Source: Camelus dromedarius (lineage: Eukaryota). Taken from it: a stretch of 64,000 nt of DNA. Below are positions 37,311-51,085 of this stretch, in pieces; position 1 is the first letter of the stretch, and each line of letters starts with the position of its first letter. A model generated the notes under the pieces. That model did not search any database. It saw only the letters and a program-made list of their open reading frames with translations, and was not told where the DNA came from. The position numbers and the translations under genes were made by a program. Where the stretch lies: positions 46,068,001-46,132,000 of the forward strand of contig NC_087436.1 in assembly GCF_036321535.1 (NCBI RefSeq). Reading direction: 5' to 3'.

Positions 37311-39705
37311 ATGTCTTCTTTGAAAATGAAGGATGACAGCAAGCAGTCCAAACCCCCAAAAGCTTAACAGAAAATCTCATAAAACTGTAGGTAGGCTTAC
37401 ACTGTATTACTTAAGTTCTAAACTGTGGCTCTGAGCAGAAAACTTCACATGCTTTATGTCTTCAAATAGATACTTGAGAGCTACAGAAAAATCCTGTTGA
37501 CCAATGAAACACTTTAAGATTTGGTTGTAATCTATAGACTGTCAACTTGGGGGTAACCGGTAAAGTAATCTGCGGTCTTTTTTGGTCTGTTTTAATTCGT
37601 GACATTTCTCTGCAGCTAGCTTTACAGGAGAAATGGAAACGCAGCTGCCACACTGTAAACCCACAAAGTGAAGTAAGAGTGTCCAGTGAATATCAAGCAG
37701 GCCCCCGGAATCGTTCCTCCCACAGTCCCGCTGCTTCCTTTCCTGGGATCTGTCCTTGTGAGCTCAGCGACGATTTGTGCATCGCGGGAGTGGGACTCGG
37801 GATTCAAAGGCACAATTGAGTTAAAAAAAAGGAGGTGATCACTGGCTGTTGGGAATTGGACTAGATGAATCAACAATCACAAAGAAGGCCTGGAACATGA
37901 GCTTCCAAATCTGAGTCAAAGCTCATCCTGAAGAGAATACACTTGATGAATCTTATTTGATTACAGTGGCTCTTTGCTGTGTGTCATCCTTTCTGCATGT
38001 ATGTACTTAGATTTGTTAGTACCATTGTCCTGGGATGTCCACTCATCCAGAACACATTTACAGTCAGTAGACTGTGGCTGTCCAGCCTGGCATCCCCTTT
38101 AAGGGGCTCCTCTGCCTGTGCGAACAGGCCAGACTTCTCTGCACCTCCGTGTGAGCACCTCCTGTCGGCTGGCCTGACTCACCAACTCCGTCCCCTCCAC
38201 ATTCCAATCTCTCACCTCCTGCCTTTCAGTGTTGAGGCCTCCCTGCGGTTTGAGTCCTCACCCTGCTCTTCAAGCTCAATGTTTGACAAAGCCTCTCTCG
38301 GGATTTGAGTTTGTTTTTCCTCCTGGCCATGTCTTCTTCTCTCCTCTTTGTGTCTTGATGCATTCACAATCTCAGGGTAATAGGGCCCTTCCATGTTCTG
38401 GTTCTCCCTCAAGAGAGAGGAGAGCATACCAAACCATATCCTGCCCTTTGAGACAGCCTCATTCCGGGGAGGTGCAGGCCCGCGTAAGAAGTGGTGGCAG
38501 TGCGTAGTAGGTTTTCAAAAACCTTGTCTATTCAAGACAGTTGAAGTGAGGAGAGTTTGGATTTGCAAAGGGAGGGAGAGAGGGTGGCTAAACTCACCTG
38601 TTTATATTATTCAGATATTAAAGAAATTCATTCCTTGAGCATTCCAAAAAAATGTAATTTCATGGCATTAATGCGTAGGCATATTAAAATATTCTGTGTT
38701 CCCTGGGGATGTTTATTTCATTTACCTGTTAAACTCCTACAGCTTCTTAAGGGCAGAGAGTGAATTTTCATTTCTCTTATTTCCTTTTGCTGAATAGCCA
38801 CTCAATTTTTAAAGTGATTGAACTCACAGATCCACCAAACCACAGCCTACATTTCAGGAAATGTGACCTGTAGATCTGTGTACAGACATCACCACCTTTG
38901 GGAGAACGGTTCCTGTGGATTGTAGACCTGGTACCCCTCACTGCGTGGGTCTTACTCCCTCCAGCTCCTGGCTCACCTCCAACACGTTGACATTTTTATT
39001 CACGTGAAATTCTATTAAAATAAATATCCCATAATTACTTTATCAAGAGAATACAAACTGGGATCTTTAGTCTGTAAAACAGTAAAATGGGTGCGTGCGC
39101 GTGGGTGTGTGTGTGTGTGTTGCCATGAGACTGGGAAAAAATTAGACTGATTATGCCATGAAAAGGCAACATTTAGCCTGAGAGGCCTGCGGACGCACTT
39201 TGCTCTCCCTCTGGCGTTGCTGGGGGACTTGGGAAGGAATGCAGGTGAGGACTTGACAAGACTCTATATCTCTCCACCACTCTGTTCTCACTGCCTCCCC
39301 CCCCAGTTCAGTTGTTACCACCCCAGATCCAGATGCTTGTAAATAAATAGTCTCCTAACTCATGTTTCTGCCTCTATTCTCGTTCCTCTAGTCCATCCAG
39401 TGCACCCTCCTCAGGTTAATCTCCCCAGCACATCAGGTTGACTGTGTCAATTGTTTAGGCATAAATGTTGAGTCACATTTCCATTCCTTCTTTCCCCCTG
39501 AGTTCAGCATCAGTGCCGTCCAGGACCTCCCTCTGATCTAGGTTTCCCACTGGTCTCCCAGCCCTCCTCCATGCACATTCTCATCCTGTTAAGTGGGACT
39601 CCCTGTCCCCCCAGCACCCCCAGTGCCTCCAGGCTCTTCCATGGCTCCTGGCCCTTCACCACAGTGTCACATACTTAAGTCTTTCCCATCTCTCCAGACC
39701 CAATT

Positions 39706-40164
39706 CATTATTTATTTAGTTACATTTTAATTGAAGTATAGTTAATTCACAATGTTGTGTTGGTTTCAGGTGTACAGCAAAATGATTCATATGTGTATAT
39801 TCCTTTCCAGATTCTTCTCCATTATAGGTTATTACAAGATATTGAATATAGTTCCCTGTGCAATACAGCAGGTCCTTATTGTTTGTATTTATATATAGTG
39901 GTGTGTATATATTAATCCCAAACTCCTAATTTATTCCTCCCCTACTTCCCCTTTGGTAACAATAATTTGTTTTCTATGTCGATGAGTCTATTTCTGGTTT
40001 GTAAATAAGTTCATTTGTATCTTTTTTTAGATTCTACACATAAGTGATAACATATGATATTTGTCTTTCTCTGTCTGACTTATTTCACTTAATATGATAA
40101 CCTCTAGGTCCATCTATGTTGCTGCAAATGGCATTTTATTCTTTTTTATTGCTGAGTAGTATTC

Positions 40165-40201
<37 letters not shown>

Positions 40202-40405
40202 CACGTGCGCACACAATATCTATCTATATCTCACATCTTCTTTATCTGGTTATCTTTTTGTGACAGTTAGGTTGCTTCCATGTCTTGGCTATTGTAAACA
40301 GTGCTGCTATGAACATTGGGGTACAGATATCTTTTCAAATTAGAGCTTTCTCTGGATGTATGCTCAGGAGTGAGATTGCTGGATCACATGGTAACTTAAT
40401 TTTTA
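39706..40405 (-). mobile_element. 5'-truncated artiodactyl-type L1 inserted in an L2
   Basis: Antisense L1 3'UTR and ORF2 end. TSD tccagac(c/t)caatt at 39693-39705 and 40406-40418. L2-like sequence on both sides (about 39270-39700 and 40420-40560). Confidence 0.88.
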
Positions 40406-40569
40406 TCCAGACTCAATTTAAAAGCTGCCTTGTCCATGAAATCTTCCCTGAACATCCCTTTGAGAAGTGTTACCTGCAATCTCGGTTTTCTCACAGCAAG
40501 CTGTGCTTTTCTGTTTCTTGAGATCCTTATCACTTCCTGCCTTTTGTCATTCTTATTTGTGTACCTGAA

Positions 40570-40800
40570 CTGAGTGGTTATGCGCTCTGGGTCAGATAGC
40601 CTAGATTTTAATCCCAGGTCTAGTTATTCATGTGATCCTGGTTATTAACCTTTTTAAGTCTTGGCTTCTTCATTGGTAAATTGACAATAATCATAACTTT
40701 CTCATAGATTTGTTGATAAAGATTAAATAACACATGCAATATACTTAACTGTGTGCTTGACACAGAGTAAAAGGTCAAAAAATTGTGTTATCGTTATATT
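40570..40800 (+). mobile_element. MIR SINE
   Basis: gagtggttatgcgctctgggtcagatagcctagattttaatccc...ttcttcattggtaaa...gattaaataa...gtgcttgacacagagtaa. Confidence 0.7.
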
Positions 40801-40877
40801 ATTGTGTTCGTCATTCTTTTGTTGTTTTAATTTCCTCTCTAGACTCTAGCTCCATGAGAGTTAAATCTCCCATATAG

Positions 40878-41992
40878 CAGACATCAGCAAACTTTTTCCG
40901 TAAAAGGCCAGAAAGTCAATATTTTAGGCTTTGCAGGCAACATATCTCTGTCACATATTGTGAAATAGTAGTAAAAAATATACATATTGGTCTCTGTCCC
41001 CAGTTCCTGGCACAATCAACTAAAACTCTTGTAGAACAGTGATAAGAGCACTAGAAGCAAGTTTTGTTCTCATGTTTGGTCTTTGACCCCAGTTCCTGCC
41101 ATAGGGCTCCTGAAACCCTTAAAATTCCCTGGGTGATGTGAGTCTTGTGTTCTAACGAGGTGATTCTAGGTGAGCTCCTGGATGGTTCCTGGGTGGCAGC
41201 CGGTCACCAAAAAGACCAAACTATGATAAGAAGCTTAGAATTTTTCAGCCCCTCCCCCTTTTTCAGAGAGAGGAGAGGGGCTGGAAATAGGTTAATAATT
41301 GATTGTGCCTCAATGAGAAGACCTCCATAAAATCCCAATAGTATGGGGTTAAGACTGCTTTCAGGTTGGTGAACACATCCATATCCTGGGAGAATGACAC
41401 ACCCCAACTACATGGGGACACAAGTTCCTGAGATTAGACCCTCCTGGACCCTACCCAGGTCTCTTTATCTGGCTATTTCTCTGTATCCATTATCAGATCC
41501 TTTAATAAACTAGTAAATGTAATTGTTTCCCTGAGTTCTGTGATCTGCTCTAGCAAAGTAATTAAACCAAGGTGGGGGGGGGGTTGAGAGAACCTCTGAT
41601 TTGTAGCCAGCTTGGACAGAGGCTATGGGTGACTTGGGTGATTGGCGTCTGAAGTGAGGGACAGTCTCATGGGACTGAGCCCTTGGCCCATGGGATATGA
41701 CTCATCTCCAGGTAGGCAGTGTCAAAATCAAGTTAAGTTGCAGGACACCTAGCTGGTGTCAAAGAATTGCTTGGTGGAGGAAATCCCACCCCCCATCTGG
41801 TGTCAGAAATTATTGTGAGCGTGGTAGTAATGTGTGAGTAGAGGAGACTCACAGGAGAAAAAATGAGTTTTTCCCAATATACATATTCTTTTCTTTTCCT
41901 TTTCTAAAATAACCTTTGACAGTGCAAAATTCATCCCTAGCTTTCAGACTGTGCAAACACAGGCCACAGGCTGCCTGTAGTTTGCCAACCCC
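40878..41992. mobile_element. MER58-like hAT element split by a MER21-like solo LTR (about 40959-41880)
   Basis: cagcaaactttttccgtaaaaggccag...aatattttaggctttgcaggc (5' part) and gtagtttgccaacccc (3' part) flank an LTR with MER21 motifs (ggtctctgtccccagttcctggcaca, gtttccctgagttctgtga, tgggactgagccctt). Confidence 0.75.
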
Positions 41993-44070
41993 ACTACTAT
42001 TGCACTTGGATGGCAGCTATCTGTGTCTCCATGAATGTGTAAAGTCCTCTCTCCCCCACTGATTTTAATTGAATTCTGACGAGTCCAACCTTACTGCAGC
42101 AAAAAGAAACAAGAACGTTGGCATTAGCGCAGCTTTTCCCCCACCCCCACCCTTGTTAAATGCATTTATGTATCAATTCCTGGCATGATTTTCTCTTTTG
42201 TGCCTTGGTTTTATCACAACAGCATCAATCAGTTCTATTAAGCATCTTTCCACAGATATCCATGAATGTGAGTGACAATGAATAGCTTAACTCTGAGAAT
42301 TTTTTATTACCAGCAATTCAGGCAATGGTTCTGCTTCCCTTGTAAAGTCAATTTTAGAAAATAGTTAATATGACGTATGAAATTTGAGGCACAGACTACA
42401 TGTGTATCTTCACACGTTTTAAATACTACTCTCTTAATACTAAACAATTGTGAGGCTGATTATCATTCTTTACATTAAAGGAACTCTATATCCACGTGTT
42501 TGTTCCCCAGAACAACGTTAAGAAATGGAGTCGTTAGTAACATACATAGAAACTGCATCCCTCAGCCAGTTTCATACTTTGACAGGTGGTGAAAAGATTC
42601 CTCCCTGAGAAGTACAAAAACGTCCAGCAGGTGTTGCTGTTGTACTCTGAATTAGCCAGGAGCCTGAAGAAACACCACGGAGTAATAACTCCACCCATAA
42701 GTTCGCTGTAATTGTTTAAGCAATTATTATTTGGAAGATAAGTAAGAGAATAAATGGTACATAACTTACTTACATATAATTTTGAAGACACCGTCATTTG
42801 CAACTTTTGTTTCTTTTTATATAAAAAAGAAAAATGTCTTAGGAGAAAAGCTAAAAAGTCAGTACTAATTATTATTTTTTTTCAATAAAACCACCAAAAA
42901 GAATATATAAAAGTAGAACATTTAGGGAATGCAAAGCAAGTCAGAAATAAAGTATATGCATAGACTTTTAACAATATTGAAACACTTTGGATTAATATAA
43001 ACTGTTATTCTTCTGGAAATTTGGTGAAATTCTGTAGCAGTCAAGCTAAGTCTTGAAAGAAAGAGAAAACCTGAATTTTGATTCTGGCTCAAAATTCAAG
43101 CCTTACTCACTTTATTGCTAGGCTTATGGAGAAGCAGTCGTTGCCAAAACATTGAGCATAAACTGTACATTTTATGAACCACACTTTCATTTACCTTTTA
43201 GGATTGAAAGCTCTGTGGTGTTGCTGGTTGTGACAATACTTTGCTGTCTGTTAGTACAGTCACTACAGTTGTTATAGAAAGGTAAGGTAGACCCGACGCT
43301 GACTATTTTAACATTAGTTTCCATTCTATGCAACCAACGGGGAAGGAGAGTTATCCAAACTGCCGACGGTGCACCTTTTCCCGCCTGAGCAGGGAAGCCC
43401 ACAATGACAGTATTACTGCCTGGCGCTTCCCTCTTATGGAACAAATTTGCAAGCTCTGTGGCAGTGATTCATAGTTCAGGAAAGACACACCTTCCAGAAG
43501 CAAAGATGAAGAAAGAAGGATATTATATGTTTAGTCTTTGCTATTTTTATCCTTCTGGTTTTCAGTTAAATTGTGACTTACAATCGTTTGGTTATGGTGA
43601 CCATTAATTCACCAAACAGAAGCTCCATTGGAGTCAAAGAGTCCCTTTTTCAACTTTAATGGAAAATGTATCTCTATGTTCTGATGATCTCCCTGTAGTG
43701 TGTCCTGTCATTTTCCTGGTGTTCAAAGTCTATCTGCTAGGCCTGGACTCATCTTGAATACAAATTTATAGAGTCTCATATGAATAAATACACAGTGGTT
43801 AGTGTTTTCATTAAAAATGAACAAACATAAAGACCAAATTCATTTTTTTCTGACCCTGTTTATAATATGCATGAAAAATTACCATTGTCCTTAGGAAGTA
43901 TTTTTAAGATTGAAGCTGACCTTACTGGTACTGAAATATTTGAACCTTCTGCTTGTGTCACATGGCAGGCACCTTGTGCCATATAAAAATACCATTTGTG
44001 TGTTTAATTGTGCATGATTTCTTTAGTATATGCCTCTCCCTCCAGACTACAAACACCCCGGAACTGTTTT

Positions 44071-44126
44071 TTTTTTCCCCTTTAGGAATTCTTTTTTGTT
44101 TGTTTGTGGGGAGGAAGTAATTAGGT

Positions 44127-44157
<31 letters not shown>

Positions 44158-44246
44158 TTAATGGAGGTACTGGGGGATTGAACCCAGGGCCTCATGCATG
44201 CTAAGCATGTGCTCTGCCACTGAGCTATACCCTCTTTCCCCCTCAA
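44071..44246 (-). mobile_element. Vic-1-type camelid tRNA-derived SINE
   Basis: Reverse complement reads GAGGGTATAGCTCAGTGGCAGAGCACATGCTTAGCATGCATGAGGCCCTGGGTTCAATCCCCC...(TAAA)n CCTAATTAC. TSD gaactgtttt at 44061-44070 and 44247-44256. Confidence 0.88.
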
Positions 44247-47167
44247 GAACTGTTTTATAAGTAGTTATCTATACAAGTGGGTGCTTTAAAACTTTTGTAG
44301 AAGAAACTAGCAAAATAATAAATAAAGATAAACCTTGCTGAATTAAGAAAATGAAATATTAGTCAAGGCTAAATTTTATCTTAGTTTAAAAATAATTTTT
44401 GAACCGTTAGTCAACCAGAATATTCCTAAAATTAAGTGCTGCCGTCCTTCAGTAGGAGACGCATTTAAGATGCCAAGGAACTTACCATCTTGGTTGTTTC
44501 CTATTTTCTAGCTCTTTACTACCTCTTCCAGAATACAGTTTTCAGCATCTTCTTTCTTGACTCTGCTGTTTCATAATGATTGACCTAATACTTGGCTAAC
44601 AGACAGCAGCAGAATACTTTCTGGTTTCATCTCTAGCCCCCAGTCATACCACATAGACCAAGTCAATTAAAATGCCAACTGATTTAATGATGCCGGTAAC
44701 TATTCACTGCACACTTTTGACGCTGTGCTCTAGTCTATAACACCCTGACGTTTTATTCCTTTGTGCCTTTGTTAACAGCGATCTTTCTACCTCAAATGCT
44801 TTCCCCTTCCTTCTTCATCTGGGGAACTACTACTCAATCTTTAAGACTCATCTCAATCATCACCTACCCCATAAAGCCTTTCCTGAGCCTTAGGGCTGGG
44901 GTCCTGTGAGACTATGCGTAGCTCTATTACAGAACTTAGTCGTGTTATTTTAGTACATATCAACATCAGCTGTTTATGAATCCATATTCCTCACTAGACC
45001 ACGAGCTTCTCAAAGTAAAGTGATCAGAAAAGAACCGATCTGTATATGCACCCAAATACTCTGTCTCCCTTCCTAGTAGGATGGGTGGATGGCCACTCAT
45101 TCATTAAGGCCAATCTAATTACTTGGGCACTTCCCTTGTTCCTGATTTACAGTTTGTCTAGGTATAGGATTCTAGTTTGGAAACAATTTTCTTTTAGAAT
45201 TTTGAAGGCCTTGCTCCCTTGTCTTGTTTCTGGTGTTGCCGAGGACTCCAAACCATTCCTACCATTCCTTTTTAAAAACTCCATATTACAGACCATTTTA
45301 CTGTGTACAGTGAGCACGTATGATGCCATGAACCTCCACCTCCCATCACTGCGCTGCCACCATTACCAGTGCGTAGCCAGTCATGTCGGGGCTCGGTTTT
45401 CTCTCCTCCACAGTTGCCTTTGTTTCCTCTTCACTTCTTTTGGTTTCCGTTTTCTGTGGCAGAGGCTTTCTTCTTGGGGCTCATAATCCCTTGGCTCTCT
45501 GCTCATGATCAAGAAAGTGCGAGACTGAAAAACTGACTCACACACAGAGTCTGTGAGGAGGACTTTTCGACTCTGAGCTTCACTGAGTTGGAATCTGGGT
45601 GGGCCATTTATAGGGGAAAGTCTGAGGTCAGTGCTTCTAGGTCTTGCTCTTAGGCAGGTCAGAGCCTGTAGAAAACAGTATCAGTTTCTTTTCTGGAGGG
45701 TAAATGTCTGGCTGCCAGCATCTTGGGAGTGGTGTTGGGGAGGAAGGCTAGCGGTGTCTGAATTCAGCAATTCCCTAGCCATATGGTCACAGGGCACCCC
45801 TCCTCTGTTTTTTCTAGGTTGGAGTAAGTAAGGGACCTGGGATTTTACTGTTTCTCAAACAGCTTTTACCTACACTTCCTTATTTAGGAACTCTCCTTCA
45901 CGATCTGTTTCAGATTTTTCTAGCATTGCCAATTTCTGATCTGTTTGAGACTGTGGTGCAAATTATGTTGATTTTGAACTTTCCTTGCTGCCAGCCTGGG
46001 ATTTGAGTTTCTTGGGGCTGCTATATCCGTTATCACACATCCACCTGCTTTCCAACTTTCAAAATTTTGTTGCTGGTTTTTCCTCTACTGCTTTCCCCAC
46101 ACTTGCAGGTTTAGAACAAAACTCGTTTATTATACTTTCATGGGGTTTTCGGGAGGGAGAAAATAGATGTGTGTGCTTACATCCTCTTAACCTGGAAGAA
46201 TCCCCTACTCCTTTCTTTTAAACATTAAAATCCCACAATCATTATTTAGTATAAAGGTGAACCCTGTTCCTTATGGTTGGCTTCTCCGTAAGATTTCTGG
46301 TAGCTACCACATCCACCAGGGCCTCTGACCTTCTTGAATTTCCAGTGATGGGGTCAGCTACTAGCAGGGAGTGTCTGGTCATGCTAGATGAGGATGTTTT
46401 GATTTCCTTCTTGAAGCTCCATCCACCTATTTCTGGTAATAGGCCACCATGGCTTTAGAGATGGACTAGTCAAAGGCACAAATGTGGACCACCCTTCATG
46501 CAGGCATGGATGTCCAAGCAGGGGAACTGCTCTTCACAAAGGAGCAGAATGGGTTCCAGGGGCATATATTGTAGTGCAAGCAGCTCAGTCATCTCCAGGG
46601 GCCAACAGTTCAGTGGGTAGATGCAGTTGGCCCTTTGTGCTGTGCCAAGGCTGTGGTCATCTTGCTTCTGAAGACCCGCACAGGCTGCAGTGGGCCCTTG
46701 GATGGTATGGCTGCCGGCACGGACAAGAGCTCCTCAAGGCACAGCTCCAAAATTGGAAAAGGAAGGATCCCTTCCTGAAAATACCTCCTTCACTGGAATT
46801 CTGGGATACCACACTTGCATGTTTATGTTTCTTCCTAATCTCATTGGCCACCCAATCAAAAACAATCATTTGCCAAATATTTTTTGAGTGTTTTCTAAAT
46901 GCCAGGCACTGTTTAAGATAATGGCAAATGATTAATGAACAAAAGAGACAACTTTCTGTCCTCATGGAGCATATAGTTCCCTTTTTCCTTGCTGGGCTCT
47001 TATCCTTTTTCTGATCTCTAAATTATGTAGGGCTTCAAAGTTGGGTCCTTAGATCTTTTTTTGTTCTTCCTAAGTTATACCACTCAGTTCTATGGCTTTA
47101 AAAATATCTGCAAAATGGTAACTCCAAATCTCACGTACCACTGCCCACTCAATATTATTACTTGATG

Positions 47168-47605
47168 TCTGAAGTGGGCTGAATACTGGCCCCACAAAAG
47201 ATATGTTTACTTTTAATCTTCAGAATCTATTCTGCCACCTTATTTGGAAAAAGAGTCTTTGTAGGTTTAATTAAAGATGTTGCAATGAGGAGATCATCTT
47301 GGATTATCCATACAGAACCTAAATCCAATGACAAGTGTCCTTACTTGAGACACACAAGGGAGAAGACAGACACAGAGGAAAAGGGAGCATGAAAATGGAG
47401 GGAGAGGCCAGAGTGATGTGATGACCAGTATGGATGGGAAGGCCAAGGAATGCCAACAGCAGGGGACATATTCTCCCCTAGAGACTTTGGAAGGTGTCCC
47501 TGCTGACATTTTGATTTTGAACTTTGGCCCCCAGAACTGTGAGAGAATAAACTTCTGTTGTCTTAGCCACCAAGCTTGTGCTGGCAGTCTCAGGAAACTA
47601 ATGCA
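47168..47605 (+). mobile_element. MaLR solo LTR (MLT1C-like) inside an L2 fragment
   Basis: gggctgaatactggcccc...tatttggaaaaagagtcttt...ccagaactgtgagagaataaacttctgttg...ggcagtctcaggaaactaatgca. Confidence 0.75.
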
Positions 47606-47839
47606 ATGTCTAATAGACGTAACTAACTTAAATATCCAAAATAGACTTTTGATTTTGTGATGCCTCCCTGATCCTAGCTCTTTTCCCCTCTGGTTCCTCT
47701 CAAATGCTTCCCTATTCAAAAAATAGGACATTTTCTTGTTACTTTAAGAATTTTATTCCATTGATTTTTCACAAAAGAATTTTTACTTAATTTTAAATTT
47801 ACAGAAGTCTTGCAAAAAAAAAAAAAACTACAAAGAGGC

Positions 47840-49500
47840 AAAGGCATCCCAAGAAAGCCACAGACAAGCATCCCTTATGAATATAGACACAAAAATTCTC
47901 GACAAAAATAATACTGAGCCAAATTCAGAAATACATCAAAAGGATTACATCCTGACAAAGTGGAATTTACTCCAGAAATGCAAGTTGGTTTAACAAAATG
48001 AAAATCAACCAGTGTAACATACCAATATCAATATAATAAAACCCCCAAACCTCGTAATCCTCTCAACATATATAGAAAAGGCATTTGACAAAAACCAATA
48101 CCTTTTCATGATAAAAACGCTCAACAAACTAGGAATAGAAGAAAAATTCCTCAACTTGGATAAAGGGAATCTATGGACACCCAAGGTTAGGACCATACTT
48201 AATGGTGAATACTACAAGTTCTCCCCCTAAGATCAGGAACAAAGTAAGCTTTCTTTTGTCACTCTTATTCAGTATCACACTGGAGGTTCTAACCAGGGCA
48301 ATCATGCAAGAAAAAGAATTAAAAGGCATCCTAATTGGAAAGGAAGAAGTAAAACTATCTCTATTTGCAGATGACATGATCTTATATACAGAAAATTCTA
48401 AGAAATCTACTAAAAACTACTATAATTAATACTTAAATGTAAGTGTTTAAGTAAAACATATGTATTTAATTATAAAAATATAAGTATTTACCTATAATTA
48501 AATAATTAAGTTCAGGAAGTTTTCAGGATATAAAATCATTACACAAAAATCAAGTATATTTCTATCCTCACAATAAATATCCTGAAAATGGTACTAAGAA
48601 AACAATTCTATTTATGGTAGCATGAAAAAGAATAAAATACTTCGGTATACTTTTAACAAAAGAAGTGTAAGTCATGTGCACTGAAAACTACTAAACATTA
48701 TTGAAAGAAAGAAGATTTAAAAAAATGGAAACATACCCCAAGTTCATGGATTGGAAGATTTAAATTTTTTTAAGATGGCATTATTCCCCCAAACTGTTCT
48801 TAAATTCAAACAGATTGAAGACAGTTCCAATGAAAATCCTAGCAAAAAGTTGACAGGCTGATCTTAAAATTCAAGTGGTAATGCAAAAGAGCTTGAATGG
48901 CTGAAACAATCTTGAAAAGAAGAACAATTCCTGACTTCAAAACTTACTGTAAAACTATAGTAATCAAGATGGTATGGTATTGGCATAAGGGTAGACATTC
49001 AATTCTATTCCACTGATGTGTGAGTCCAGAAATAAACCCTTACACTGATGGTCTTTTGATTTTTGCCAAGGGTACCAAGACCATTCAATGGAAAAATAAT
49101 AGTATTTTCAACAAATGCTGTTAGGGCAACTAGATATCCACATGGAAAAGAATAAAATTGGGCCTCTATCTCTTACCATAAATAAAAACTAACTAAGAAT
49201 GGAATACTAAAATGTAACAACTAAAATGAAATAACTCTTAGAAGAAAACATAGGAATAAGTTTTTCTGGCCTTGGGTTAAACAGTACACAAACAACAGAA
49301 GAAAACGTTGATAAATTGTACTTTGTTAAAATTTAAAAATTTGTGCTTCAAATGACACCACCAAGAAAGTGAAAGACAATCCATGAAATGGTAGAAAATA
49401 TGTGCAAAACATATATCTAAGAGACTTGTATCCAGAATATATAAAGAACAACTCAATAATAAAAAGGCAAATGACAATTTTAAAATGGATAATGAATAGA
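47840..49500 (+). mobile_element. Degenerate L1 ORF2 (reverse-transcriptase region) of an old L1M
   Basis: ORF 48202-48429 contains [14 protein letters not shown]...[18 protein letters not shown] (L1 RT catalytic FADD motif). Many stops and frameshifts. Confidence 0.88.
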
Positions 49501-49789
49501 CATTGTGGTATGAAAATGACGGTTCTCCCAAATATGCCCATGTCCTAGTCCCTGGAACCTGTGAATACACAAAACAATGTAGAATTGTACATTCTAAAAG
49601 GGTAAATTATGCAGTGTGTGAGTTTTATTTCAACAAAGCTTTTTTTTTTTTTTTTTAGGAATAGTTTGACAAACTCCCATGTATGCTTTACCCAATTTCA
49701 TCAATTGTTTACATTTTACTCCATTTACATTTTCATATTCTCTCTCTATATACATCTTTTCTGAAACTGTTTGAAAATCATTTGGGATG

Positions 49790-51085
49790 ATTGTGGAATA
49801 CTACTCAGCAATAAAAAATGAATTATTAATACACACAACATAGATGAATCTCATAACAATTAAGCCAGACCAAAAAGAGGACATGCTGCATTTACATAAA
49901 ACTATGGAAAAGTCAAACCAATCAACGATGTGAGACAGCAAATCTGTTGTCGTCTGAGGGATGGAATGGGAGGCTGAGAGGGGCAAGAGAGGAATTACAA
50001 AGCATTATCTTGATTGTGGTGATAATTTCATGAGTATATAAGTAGGGAAAATTTATCAGACTGTATACTTAAAACATGTACAGTTTATTGTATGTCACCT
50101 GTACCTCAATAACGCTGTTAGAAACTTTTAAAGTTGTACACTTTAATATAAGCAGTTTATTGTTATGTCAATCATATGTCAATAAAGCTGTTAAAAGAGT
50201 CAGAAGACAAATGAAAATTGCAAAAATACTCTAAAATCAAAAGCAAAGGGCTGATTTTCTTAATATCAAATCTTCACCAAATCAATTTAAAAAATACCAA
50301 AAACACAACTGAAAAGTGAGTAAATGATATGAACAGTTCATGAGAAAGAAAATATAATTGACCCTTAAACCTAGAAGACACTCAACCTCACTCATAAAAA
50401 GAAAAATTCAAATGAAACAACACTGACACTTTTTCTATTCTTAAATGGGCAAATAGCCACAAATTTCATAAAACAATATATTGACATGAGTTTGGGGAAA
50501 CAGGTGGTCTGCAACATAGATGGTAAGTGGATGGACTGTTGCAATACCAAAGAAGGATAATTTGATAATGTGTATTTAATGGCTGTATCCTTCCATGGAG
50601 TGATTCCATTTCTTAGAAATTTTTCTGCAGGTATATTTATGTAAGTGCAAAATGACCTATGTTCAACATTATTCATTAAACCTTTATTTGTCATTGTTAA
50701 AGACTGGCAATAATCTCAATCCCTGTCCATAGGAGAACAGTTAAATAATTACAGTTCCCCTGTTGAATGGAGTCCTGTGTATCGGTGAAAAAGAATAAGA
50801 AATCTCTTTATACATTAGAATGAGAAAATCTTACCTTAAGTGAAACGAGCAAGGTGCAGAACAGTGTGTATCATGTGCTGCCGTATGGATGAAAAATAAG
50901 CCTACAAATGCATACTGTCCACAACACACATAAGACTGTAAAAGGACACACAAAAAACTGGTTAACAATGGTTGCCTCTGAAGAGGGGTTTGAAGAGAGG
51001 TTTGGGAATAAGTCTTTTCCCTACCTCTCTTTTGTAAGACTTGCATTTTGAATGATTTGAATGTATTTCCTACATTAAAAAAAAC
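49790..51085 (+). mobile_element. Old L1MD/ME 3' fragments
   Basis: tggaatactactcagcaataaaaa...gatgaatctca...tacctcaataa; aatggttgcctctgaagagggg. Confidence 0.65.

Noticed and set aside
45046..46965. 145-146 aa ORFs
   Set aside because: No recognisable protein similarity or exon structure; they overlap degraded L1/L2-like sequence.
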